A stretch of DNA of 64,000 nt from Raillietiella orientalis (lineage: Eukaryota). The translations under genes and the position numbers were made by a program. Below, piece by piece: positions 49,111 through 60,799 of the stretch (position 1 is its first letter; each line of letters starts with the position of its first letter). The stretch is from contig JAYWIR010000061.1 in NCBI GenBank assembly GCA_036172245.1, forward strand, positions 434,001-498,000. Direction: 5' to 3'. The notes beneath the pieces are model-generated. The model did no database searches. It was not told the DNA's origin and saw nothing but the letters and a program-made list of their open reading frames with translations.

Positions 49111-51127
49111 GCGTCCCGGGCAGCTGAATCCTGGGAGAGAGCACGGCCAGGATGCGAGCGGGTGTGGGGTGGGCCGGGCCCTGCATGGACAGGGTGCAGA
49201 GGGGTGGGAAGCAGAGGGAGGAGTCCAGAGGGCTAGGAAGCGGGGCGGACGGAGGTTCTCGGTCATCGAGGAACGCCGGCTCCAGCAGCAGCTTCTACCC
49301 GGAAAGAGGGCCGGGAACCCAAGAGGGCGCCAATGCAGGAGAGTCGCCGGGGAGGGAATGAAGGGTGGCGGGAGGGCAAAGCTGCAACTGCCCCCCTCCG
49401 GGTGACCATCCCAAGCTCCATGGGACCCTAGAAGCAGCCTTTCTCTTTCCTCTCTCGCCCTTCGGCTGCCTCGTTGAACCGACCTCGCCTCCACGCCGCT
49501 GGACCACTATCACCGCTGTTTCCTGGCGTCGCCGGCCGAGGGCTTTTCCCGGTGCGGACCTACCGGATCGTCTCCACCCAACTCCGCATTTGCAACCTAT
49601 CCCGCGCTCCTGCCAGGCCCTGGCCCGTGACCTCCCGCCGTGACCGGAGCGGCAGCTTCCTCGATGCAACAGCCCTTTGAGTCCCTGGGTTTTTTCCCTA
49701 CTCTTTCGAGAGGAAGAGAGGGATAAAAAAAAAAAGGGAGCGGAGTAGGTGGTATCCTGTCATCCAGGAAGGAGGAGGGGATGTTCCCATGGCGGGAAGG
49801 CTCCTTGAAGACGTTCGCCTTTCGCGGGCTTTCCGGACCAGTCGAGGACCGAGCATCTCCGGTCCTGGGAGATCACGCGCCTCGCATGCCTTTCGTCTCT
49901 TCCTTTCCTCATCTCCCCCGACGGCGTCCCGATCGATCGGAGCGTCGCCTGGATAGCACACGCCCTGCGGGTTCCCCGACTCCGCTTCTACCCCGCCAGA
50001 ATAAGGGAGCCCTCCCTCGACCGGAGCTCACGCTGCCCTTGGGGAAGTCGCAGGGGACGCAGCCCCTCCCGCGCGCCCCCGACTCCCTGCCTGCTCGGGT
50101 GCATCTCTTGGTAGGTTGGAAGATTCTAAGGGTCTTCAAATCGAACGTCCTGCTCCTCGCTCCCTCTCCCTCGGGTTGGAGTCAGGCCATGCCCTCTTGG
50201 CACGGGGAGTTGGTCCTGGGACGCAAGGGTCCAAGGAAGGGGGAGATGAGGTGGGGAAGGAAGGAGCCACTTTGCTCGCTTCTCCCCTCCCCGTTGAGGG
50301 AAGGGGGAGTCGCCGCCCTCGTGCATCTACGAACCCTTCTCGTGAGAGGGGCCAGGAAGAGAGCTGGGGCTGCTCTCATTCGAGGATGACCTCGAGGCTT
50401 CTTCCCTCTCTTTCCAGAAGGAGACCTCAATTTCCCTCCCGCTCTTCGCGACCTGAGCAGGGAGAGGGGAGAGTCCTCGAGCAGGACCACCAGGAGGGGC
50501 AACGCGACATGTGGTGGGAACGCCGAGAGCGCGCCTCCAGAACAGCTCCCCTCAAAGGGCGCGCGCTGACCGTGCCCTTCGAAAGGGGGGCACTGCCGGC
50601 TGCTCGGGAGGAATCTTGTGTCCTCATGCATCCAGGTCTTCCGAGGATGCATCGCTTCCCTCCTTCCCCTTCCTCTCTCCCTCCCCCCCGCCGAAAAAAA
50701 AACAAAAACAAGACCGGCATACGCGTGGGCGCCCTGTGTCTGGGAATTCCGGAAGGAGTGGGCGTGGCCTTACGCAAGGGAGGAAGGCGAAAGTGGGGTC
50801 CGCAGGGTCCTGTTCCCCGGGACTCCGTCCCTTCGAACCCGCCGTTCCCCGGTAGGGGAAACCGGAAGGGAGGGGTATGGGAGGAATCTTCAGGAAGCTG
50901 CCGGTTTTCCTTCCGTGATCCGGCCGGAACCGGTGGGGAGGAGAGGAAGGCGAGAAGTGGGACTCCCCTGTACTCACCACAGGAACACGGGCTCGGACTT
51001 CCTGATGAGGGACACCAGAGTGCTCTGCATGCTCCAGGGTCCTGTGAGTCCCGGCGTTTATTCCCTGCGGCGAGGGCGGAAGGGACAGGGACAGGGAGGA
51101 GGCGCGCACGGGCGCGCTCCACGCACA

Positions 51128-51147
51128 GGGGGGGGGGGGGGGGGGGG
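51128..51147 (+). repeat. 20-nt poly-G tract
   Basis: Direct count. Confidence 0.95.
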
Positions 51148-52179
51148 TAGGGTCCGCGCTGGGGCGGTGGTCTCCCAGTAGCAGCACCAGCACCAGCAGC
51201 AGCCTCGCGCTCGTTGCGGGAGCGGCGGCACCGAGTCACGTAGCCATGGCGAGTTCGAACTGACGGCGGTGGCTCGGCGCGCGCGGAGGAGCGCGAGGGG
51301 CGCGCCGAGCAGAGCGGGGGGAGCCCCCAGTTGGCAGGCGATCAACTGGGAGGAAGTTGCCAAGGCGTCGCAAGGGGACGCGAGCTGCACCACGCGACGC
51401 CCTCTTCGCCAGTGACGTCGCTCCCGTCGCCGGTATGCAGATCTGCGGCGACGGCAGCAGCGGGGGAGAAGGGTGGGCGTGGGAGGGGGAAGCAGCCGAA
51501 GCAGCAGCAGCAGGGAGCGGCGACGGTGCAGACAGACGGATCCGCGCTACCATCACGCCATCTTCCCCCCCCCCCTTCCCCTCTCCCGTTCCTTTCCCGC
51601 GCGCCTCCATTTGGCGGACGTCACGGAAAGGGATCCTTCCGTTTCCGGAAGGAGGGAGAAAGGGGGGAGGGGAACTGGAGAGGAAAGACGCTCTTGCTGG
51701 AAAGAGTGCGAAACGCTAGCGCCTGGGGAACGGACGGGAGGAGCTCTTGAGCTCCCTGAAAGGGCCTCTTCCTTCCTTTCCGAGACCACCCCTTCCCTCC
51801 TCTTCCCTCCTCTTTTCCTTCCTTTTCCCGCTCGCTCCCTCACCGTTGCAGTGTCCGCATCGGAAGTATCCCTGGATGGGTGGAAAAGGAAATCATCAAT
51901 GAGGAAGGGGTGAAAAGGAGGAGGGCGAACAGGCGCCCTCACTCACACGCCGTCTGCCCACCCCATTCGGGATCGTCCCGAGCTGCTGGTATTCTCCCCC
52001 ACCTCCTTTTATTCCCGATTCAGGAGAACCGAAGGCTCGAAAACGGAAGCGGGAAGAAAGGCGTGCACGAGGAGGAATACGGAAGGGAGAAGAACGCATC
52101 GCCTTCTAACGGATGGAACTCTCCTTTCATGCCATCTCGTTAGATGGCGCTCAAATGCCCCTCCGTAGGGGTTCGGCCG

Positions 52180-52520
52180 GAGCGCGCAGAGGTCAAAGGT
52201 CTCCAGCTGAAGTGTGCGTTAAGAGATGGGCGAAACTCAGCGTCCTCCCTCCCATTGGCACTGCCAGATGTCCTGCTGCCCTACATCCCGATCCTCTGCA
52301 CTTCCTCATGCCCGCCTCTTTGCCCTGCGGAGTTTCGGCGGTCTCGTCAGTAGGGGGAAGGCGGAGGACTGCTGTCAACTCCCGGCAACCCCCAATGGTA
52401 ATCATCTTCCTGGGACCCCAGAGAGAGATGGGAGGGCGGATCTTCTGCTGGTCCGTATTCCCCCTCTCTGGAAAGGAGATAACAGGGTTCTGGTCCAGAG
52501 GATGCCCCCTTACGCCGCTG
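52180..52520 (+). mobile_element. Decayed Gypsy RNase H
   Basis: LKCAL..LPLALPDVLLPY (LKxAL..APxLALPD..PF), PAS..GVSAVS..GRRRTAVNSRQ (DAS..GVGAVLS..RPxAxxSR), QREM, LSGKEIT. Confidence 0.65.
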
Positions 52521-53528
52521 GACGTTGAAAATGTTCGATGCGCTTCAGTTGACTCCATGCGGATGGGCGGCTAGCTTTCGAGCTCCGACTCGCCACCTTC
52601 GTGATCAGCCCTCCAGGGTGTCCTGATGAAAGGCCTCCCTGACCTACCCCTGAAGCCGGAAAGGACAGGAGAGGAAGAAACCGGAACTTCCTTCTCGGAT
52701 CCACCGCAAGACTGGGCGACTTTCCGGCGCGGTGATTCTCGCCGCCTGCTCTCGACCTCTCTCTTCTCACTCCCAAGGGGTTTCCGTCCTTCTGCCCCCC
52801 TTGCCATTCTGCTCTCCCCTCCACATGCACGTTTTCTCCTCTCTGGAGATGAGAGGGAAACTCCGGTCCGATCCTTGGGAACAGCGCGCGTGACGAGGAC
52901 CCAAGATGACTCCTTCCTCCGGTTTCCAAAGCTCCGACGGATCCCAAGAACCGAGTGCCTTCCTTCACTCCGCTGCCCTCAGTCAGTTCGCCCCCGCCCC
53001 CGAGCGCTTCGAACTACGCCTTCCAGGGTGCGGATGGGCGGGAGAGCTCGGGAACGCCTCAAGTGCTTCCAACAGCGGCGAAGGGGGAGCAAGGAAGGGA
53101 CGCAGGGGCGCGACCGAAGGCAGCGAAAAAGGGGAGGAACTTCAGGGATCGTTCCTGGCGATCCCACCCCTCCTCTCCATCCGACTCTCTTCGGCTCCCC
53201 CGCAAGGACAACGGAAGCGATCCGGGAGCAAGGGTGTCCGGCGAAACGGAGTACGTCGGAACAGACGGAGGGAAGCGATCGCCGCGAGAGGAGGCGGCGC
53301 GCGCGGCGATCTGACTCTGCAGCTGGCAGGTGGCGGCTCGTCACCGGGACGACCGGCCGACAGTGAGGCCAGGGTGCAGCAACGCCAGGTAAGGCGCTCC
53401 AGCGGCGGAGTGGTCTCGTCTCCGGCGAACCCACGGCATCCTCCCTCCTCCCGCCTCCGTGGCCGCCTCTTGGGAGGGTCTCACGTCCCGTAACTCAGTC
53501 TCGGGAGAGGAGCAAAGACGGCACCTAC

Positions 53529-53594
53529 CTTGCCTTGCCGGTCTCCGCCGTCTTGACTTTTTCCTGAGGCGGCATCTTCTCATGGTGGCCACTC
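53529..53594 (-). CDS. Candidate upstream N-terminal exon of the Shaker-like gene
   Basis: Strong acceptor (ccttttctgttcgttgcag) and donor (aag|gtaggt) flank 66 nt reading g-SGHHEKMPPQEKVKTAETGKA-ag. The terminal ag plus the first g of the 7809 exon gives AGG (Arg) and restores RSLPK in frame. An in-frame ATG lies at 53575-53573. The link to the 7.8-kb exon is inferred from phase only. Confidence 0.55.
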
Positions 53595-53681
53595 CTGCAA
53601 CGAACAGAAAAGGTCATCTCCGTTGCTCGCGACGCTCGCGGCTGCTGCTGCTACCGCATCGCTCCTTCACCTCTCCCTCAC

Positions 53682-53806
53682 CTCTCCCTCCCGGCCCAAA
53701 GGTTCTTATCGCGTCCGCTGCCCGGGGGACGACCCCTCGCGCCTGCTGAACTCTGCTTCTCACGCGCGCGACTGGGGAGGCGCAGTGCGGCGGAAGGTGG
53801 GACTGA
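53682..53806 (-). promoter_or_regulatory. Possible Inr and non-coding first exon upstream of the 66-nt exon
   Basis: TCAGTC (arthropod Inr consensus TCAKTY) at 53806-53801, no ATG in the segment, and a gag|gtgagg donor at 53681 that would give an 87-nt intron to the acceptor at 53595. Confidence 0.25.
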
Positions 53807-54699
53807 GTGCTCGTGCTCGGTTCGAGAGGCCCGACCACGCGCGGAACGTACGAAGGGGAGAACAGCGGATCTCACCTTCACAGAGGGGGGGCTACTGCAC
53901 GTGCTGTATCCTCCCCTGCGAGCATGCAGGGGGTGAGTCTTCGGCGACTTCGAAGCGAGCGAAGCGGGCGCCCCTGCGCAGGCTGAAGCAAGCAGCCCGA
54001 GCTGAACCCAGCGCGCGGCCCCGCACCCACTTCTCTTCCCCTCTAACCTCACACTGTCTATCGTATAGCCAAGTTTATGGGTTTTCTGGGTGACCCCGAA
54101 ACCGCTAATTCGAAAGAGGTAGAGATGGGCGTTCCTTCGCTCTCGCTCCAGCCATCGCTTCTTTCCCCTCTCCTCCCTTCCCCCTCCAAGGGAGCCTCTG
54201 AGAGTTCCCTGCACCCCAACTAGTCTCCTCCTTTTTTTCTTCAGAGGGACAGAGCTGTGTCCGCTGCGGTTTCTTAACCCCGGTTGGCCTGGAGAAGGCA
54301 GCCGCTGGCCGCCAAGCTGTCGACGACCGTTCTACGGAGGGACTGACCCTCCCGCTTGATCCTGTGGAACGGATACCAAACTCATATCTCTCCGCATGGG
54401 CATGTTCAGGGAAGAGGAAGAATCTTCCTTACGGGAAGAGGAGGCGAGAATCATCGTGACCTCGGAAAAACGGAGTGGTTTCTCTCGTTAGTGGTCAGAA
54501 CGGGCGAAGGGGAGCCCTCATTCCCTGCGCTCCAATCGCCATCTGGGCGTGGCTGCAGCGCTCTCGCTCTCAGTGGGACACAGTTGAAGTCGAGGCTGGT
54601 AGCCGGAGGTCATCGAGGACGAGGTGGTAGGAGATCGTGAGGGTGCAATCCCTAGGTAAGGAACAACGGCAGACTCCTGCGGGTGCGACCATAGGGAGA

Positions 54700-55700
54700 A
54701 AATTCTGTGCTCGCTCGCAACCTGCGATTTCCCGATGCCTTCAGGCGAAAAGGTCCTGATATTGCTCTCCGGGGACCTCGGTTCCCAAATTGGTTTCTCT
54801 GAGGGACAAATAGGTAAACAGGAAGCTGGAAACAAACCGACACGGAAGGACAGTGGGCGTTTAGAAGTGGAATGCGGGAGTAGGGCTACTGGGGATCGAG
54901 ACGCAGCCCCACTTCTAGCAGGGACAAATAGGTTCTCCTTTCTCACCCTCCGAACGAGCGAAGTGAATCCAGGAGCTAATCCAAGGAGGCAGAATAAGGG
55001 AGAGAAACCCTGAGAAGAAGAAGCGAGCCTTTCCTTGCCTTTCCCATACAGCCCTTGGTTCTGCCGCGTTCCATCATGGGGGAGCCCCAATCCTGGATCC
55101 CATTCTCAGAGACAGTGCTGAGAGCCGAATCTGCTGAAATTTCAGGGTCCCTAGGTAGGCTTTTAGTGATCCACACGAAATAGTCAGGACATCCAGGAGA
55201 GCTTGTTCCTTCCGGATAACTGAACATACAAGATGATTCCCGCCGTTGCCATGGAAAAAGGTATCAATCGAAAAAGTGTTCATCATCAAGGCAGCGGGAG
55301 CGAAAGTCAAATGAGAAGACATTCGGTCATCACTCGGTCACCCCTCTCATGTTCTGGAGCAGAGATTTCCCTGTCATTCCACGCATTCTGCCACAGCGGT
55401 TCCCGACCTTCTGACTCTCCACAGGGGGTCTCAGATATTTCCGGTCGATTTGCACCTCAAAATCGCGGCCTTCCGAGAACCGGCTGTGACTCCTCCCCCT
55501 TTCATACACCAAACGCCACCCATTCGAGAATCCCGGATTCTGCGAGCTAGGAAACAAGGACGCTCTCTCAGCCGCTTTTTCCTTAACCTCGTCTTCAAGC
55601 CGATCTTTCGCAAGCTGATGGTGGATGCTCAGAGAGGGCGTTCTCTTAGCTTATGAGGATCGCCTGGCGCTGATTGGGGATTCCTTGGGCGGCCTGAGCT
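54700..55700 (-). mobile_element. Decayed Gypsy RT-RH-(IN)
   Basis: ILIS..SEH, LRKIGLK, GVTAGSRKAAIL..NISE, LTFAP..FSIDT (LTSAP..FxIETDAS), LFVP, LPICP..IWE. Confidence 0.55.
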
Positions 55701-56539
55701 GTCAACTCTCCGTGCCAGGGGATGTGTGCCAAGGAACTGTCCTCCAGCCTTTACTATGAATCCAAGAAGCCATGAGCTGCTCCCTGTATCAGAGACAAGA
55801 TCGCCGAAGAAAGCATTCCAGTGTTGGAACTACCGGAGACCTACAGATGCCTCGGAAAGCTCCTGGAACTGGACCTGGTCCAGTCCGATGCCTCTAGGAA
55901 GCCAGCGATTTCTGGGGCAGAAGCCTCAATGGATAGTAAACTCTCCGCTGGCAAGAAGTGGACGCACCTCCTTTCTACCTCTGGGTCGCTGCACGATGAG
56001 CGGCAGTTGTCAAACCTGCAGGAGACTGCACCTATCAGCTGAATGATGTCAACATGCGCAACCGAGGGGGAGGAGAAAGGTCCCCGTTTCTAGGGTTTCG
56101 ACCATTGCAGCCGTGGAAATCGACTGCGTTGCTCTCACTCGTCTTTGCTGGCATCTTTTATTCACCTTCCCATCATTTTTCCTTTCTACAGGTACGATCT
56201 TATCGGAAAATGCGATCTTCCTAAGGAGGACGTCCTTCCTTGCCTTCCCGGACGATGCTTGCATCACTCTCCTCCTAAGCACATTCATCTACCCTCATTT
56301 TTTTCATCTGAAGGTGACCAAGGATGGATAGGCTACTGTTAGCACAGAAAACTTTGCATATTTCAGTTGCTTTTTTTTTTTTTTTTCTGAGCATGCATGT
56401 GCATGTGCGTGCGTGTATTCCTCTTGACAGATTCAGCACTCGTCAGAAACTGGGAAACACCCCCAACAGGGGCATGAGCAAAATAGCGATTCCAGGTTCT
56501 TCAAGGCATTAGAAATAACAAGCGGAACTGTCCAGAATC

Positions 56540-57500
56540 ATTCTCCGCTTCTGGAGCTTTGAGACGCTTTAGAAGTGCAACAGCTGTTCTCGAAAACCGT
56601 GTTTGCTTATCCATTTCAATGTTGGGGTCAACAGCAGTGGTCATTTTCAAGTGCAAGCCTACGCCCTCAGAAGACTCTGTAAGTCAAGAGGAATGAAATG
56701 AAAAAAAAAAAAAAAAGCATGCAAGTGGAAGAGGTCAGGCTTGAAGTATCCTAAGACCCATCGCTCGAAAGAAGGACCGCATGGGACTCAAAGATGTGAC
56801 GAAGGGTAAGCTGCAAAGCAGCTGGAAACAAACAATTCATCAAGTCGCGCAGGGATTGAGGATTTTTAGTATTCGCGTGCTCCATGCCACCCTCGATCAC
56901 TGTAGCGACTCATTACGGGCGTTGGATCATTGGCGAAACTTCAAGAGAACTGAGAAAGAGCATCTGCTGCTGCGTCTTTCCGCTTCCCTGATTGCATCCT
57001 CTGAATAGGAGTTCTGCGCCTCTTTCCCTCTTGGGGGAACAGCGCCCCTTGCCCGGCGCCAACGAGGACGCGCTGCTGCTGAGCGTTCGGAAGATCATGG
57101 AACAACCCGGCGCGGAAAAACCGAGATCCGTCGGGGCTCCTAGGGGAAAGTACACGCACCGGGAGTCTCTCCTACCAAGGTTCTACGCTGTCGGGGCGCA
57201 ACATAGTAGGGAAACTTGAAGGTCACCTTCAAGTCCCCTCGACAAACAGAGCTGGGTTTGGTGTTTTCTACGGCCGCAAAGGAAAACGGATTCAGTGATG
57301 AACTTTCTCCGACGATGGGACCTCTTTTCCTACCCGCCACTCGTGTGGTGTGGACAGGCCACGAGTCAGAGAAGGATGTCGTTCCCTCTCTCCTTCCAAG
57401 AGCTTGAAAATGAGCCAGGAATCGAAACCTTTCCATGCACTCGTTCCCTGTTCCTGACGCCGAATTTCGAAGTGTCGTACCTTCGCCACAAACAATTGTG
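56540..57500 (+). mobile_element. Decayed Gypsy RH-IN
   Basis: SFETL*K, VFAYPF (VLAYPDF), FQVQAYA (FxVQTDA), RALDHWRNF (ALxHWRHY), LFLP..GH, FPVPDAEF. Confidence 0.6.
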
Positions 57501-57749
57501 AATCATCTATTATTTTTCAAGATAAGAGGCAGAGCCGCCGCAATGAAGGAAAAAAGTGTTCTTCACGCTGCAGCGCCCACGCTACGGGGCTGATGGTCTG
57601 TGTCAAGCGGTGCAGCCCACGGAGAGCCGGAGCGGAGGGCACGATAAGCTATTCTTCGCCACCAAATAGGCGGGCGCGTTGCCGTGCGAACGATACCGCC
57701 CTCTGTAACTCGCTGTACTGCTGATCGTCTGGAAAGTTCCCAAGCGTTC

Positions 57750-59300
57750 AGGATGGCAACACCGAAGGATCACCGGGCGAGATGTTTGCGTTCGGAGAGA
57801 GGGTGAAAGGATACCTGGTTTGGAATCTGAACCTCAGCTCTGCGAGTCCGTGGCATGACCGCCTGTCTCGGACTCTCATCAAGTTCTCTCCAGAGCACAA
57901 AGGACTCGAGCCTCCGACAGCCAGATACATGAAACCACTATGCTGCCAAACTAGGAATCTGAGATTCTCAAAGGACATCCATTCCAGAACAGTGAGAAGG
58001 GGCGACAAGACATGTGCCATCGATCGGAATGTAAGGATGAAACGGTGTTACTATTCATGGTCATCCCGCATTTACTCTTCGCGAGCGCCTCCTGGGGGAA
58101 TCACTTTCGAAGGAGAAATGGAAAACGACACGATTTCGAAAGATCAAAGGGTTCAAGACCTTCCGGGTGTATCCGAGTTACGGCTTATTCCTGGGGGACT
58201 GGGAAGGCAGGAGCGTTCTTCAGAAACACAAGATACCAGGGGTGCAGTGGCACCCACGACGGAAGCGATCGCATTTTGCCTTCGGTAGTAGCCTTGAGAC
58301 AGGAGACCCCTCTTGGAGTGTTCTGACCAGGAACACTTCACTCACTACAACGGCACCGCGTTTCAGATGAGAACCCAGGATAGAACCTCACGAGCAAAGA
58401 TTCTATTAAGATGAGCAGCTTCTGTTGCACCTATGAACCTGATTCTCTCTGATCATCGTTCCTTTTTGCTATCAAGGTAAACTTCTGCTTCCAGGGATTC
58501 CATCTGGGACAAGCTGTCCTCAAGTGACTCAAGTGCTTCCTCGTGGGAGAGAACAGAAGTGAACGTGCATTCCGTGGAGGCAAACGGAGCATCCCGGCGT
58601 GTACGCAGAGGCCCGCGCGCATCGCTCTCTGGCCTTGTGCCCGTCTGGCGAAAATCCGCTTCAGATTCCACGGAAGCAAAGTAACTTCCCTCGGAAGAGA
58701 CGACGCCGTTCCATCCCATTTGCTGGAGGACGGACACTGCTAAACCGAAAAGAAGCAGGGAAGGAATCCTAAAGTGCTCATGACCTCAAAAAGGCGACGG
58801 ATGACGCAAAGTGATCAAGAGTTCGGTGAGCAGTTCGAAGAAGTCGAAGGCAGGCGAAGAGGAGCTTCCAGCTCTGTTAGTCTGAGTCGGGCTCATTATG
58901 AGTGGGAGAATCAGAGTCTCTGTAGGGAAGGGGATGAGCAGGAGGAAGAGCCGGTCGTTCGTACAGCAGAGATGAGCTCGGAAGGTGAGCCTATGCTCCT
59001 TCAGCACTAGCTTAAAAAAGATGCTGAAGATGTTCAGGCCGTGCTCCCCTGCGCACGGAGCACACCGTAAGCGTAGCAGAACGCTGGAAGAAAGGTCTGC
59101 CAAGGCGTCGCGTGAGCTTGGAGTGCGGGTACTCCATTAGATATGTCGGGAGGTCGAGGTGTTCAAAAGCTCCGGACAGGGTTGCTGATTGACAGTCGGT
59201 AGCTTTTTGAGGATCGACCGTGATCTTCACTCAGCGTCTCCGCCCGACAGCAAAATACAAGTAGGCAAAACACACGTTGTTCCCTTTTCCGAGAGAACGG
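57750..59300 (-). mobile_element. Decayed Gypsy RT-RH-IN
   Basis: In order on minus: ITVDPQK (~59215), VLQQ..G..SYFAS..SEAD (~58700), FTSVLSHEEALESL (FTVxTDHxALxxL), LSPL..SGFMYLAV (~58000-57920). Confidence 0.6.
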
Positions 59301-60799
59301 AACAACATGTTTATTCAGGAGATGAAATCAAAGCGGGAAACTTTTGGTGCGGTGCCATCTGGTCGGAGCAGCCAGAATTTTCCGTTTCTGAATTCACGAG
59401 TTCAGCCTCCACAAGTCAGCGATCAGCAAGAAGCCAAGATAGGAGAAATGAAAGGCCATCAAAGGGGAAACACGATTTCTGAGGATAATCCGTCGATCAA
59501 CGTCACAGCCCACTAGCTGAGTTACAATAGAAGCTGTAGATATAAGAAAATCCTGCACTTGAAAGCATCCGCTTCAGGAAAGGAGGGCAGTAGCGCCGGA
59601 AGAGGCAAGATCGAATCGTGCACCCGAAAGAGAGAGGTGGGGAAGTGACCTGCAGACGGATCCTGAAGAAACGGACGAGAGCCCCAGATGGAGGATGAAT
59701 CATCTGGAGACCTCCCCAGTGGAAACCGGATCAAGCAGGAAGCCAACGCAAGGTAACGGCTCAATATCTTGCCGCGCGTGATCCGATCGCGAATGGACTG
59801 TTGAAGGCGAGAAAAAGTTGCTTTGCCATCAACATAATGCGCGTGCGCACACACGCACACACACACAAAAAAAAAAAAAACAAGAAAAGAAAACTGCTGT
59901 CGCCTATCCGACTGTCAGCTATCTGTGAAGATCACACAGGAAACATCGCATTTTTTTTTTTTCTCACGAAGACTCCTTCGAAAGATGGAAGACCTTTTGC
60001 TGCACGATTTCAGACACTCAGCCGTCGCCAAGGATGAAAGCAGGCAAGCGGTTTGGTTGGTGGCTCTTTTGCATGCAGAACTTTCGAAGCCGGGATGCAA
60101 ATTTCTATTCGTGCACTCGCTCTACGGGACCGTTGACTCTGACCTCAGCACGAATACGCTGGAAGCTGGAAGAGAGGGCTTCCAAAGCATCCGTAGCAGC
60201 TTCCCTACTGCTACTTCCAACGCATCCTTACAGCTCCAGTTTTCGTTTTCCACGGATCTTGTACCAGTTTGATCATTCTCTGTGCACTCACGCAGTTCCC
60301 GAGGAGTGTTCTGATCCAATGCAGAAGGGAATGCCCAGGACGGCCCGTGCGATGTTCTCACCTCAAACGCCCATTTGTACGAAACACAACCCGAGAATGA
60401 AATTCCACTTTCTGCATTCCGGCTCGAAGTGTACACTTTGAGCTCCCTAAACACTCATGATGTCTCTTAGTTATCGTCCTGCTTGTTCACAAAGGAGTCC
60501 TGCCGTACTGCTAAAGAAACACTGCTTTTATCCGCAAGTGTAGCGAAGGAGATCCATTGAGCCACCGAGGCGCTCCTCGAGGACCTGAAGCTGGAATCCC
60601 CATCCATAATAATCTGGAGCAGTCTATTCCACTTTCTTTAAACTCTTCGAGTGTCGCAGTGTCTCTGTAACCCAAAAGACAACAATCCTTGGTGAATGGC
60701 AGTGTAACCTTTGCTTTTCCATCCTTTCCACAAAAATGGAACGCCAGTATATTGCAGTTTCTTTATTCCGTCTCCTCCAGTTCCTTTTCGTAGAAGGAA

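Larger units (their letters stand above)
7810..53528 (-). other. Putative ~45.7-kb GT-AG intron between the two candidate exons (may contain further alternative first exons)
   Basis: GTAGGT donor at 53528, TTGCAG acceptor ending at 7810, compatible phase. The interval holds only TE fossils and small non-coding islands. Confidence 0.45.
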
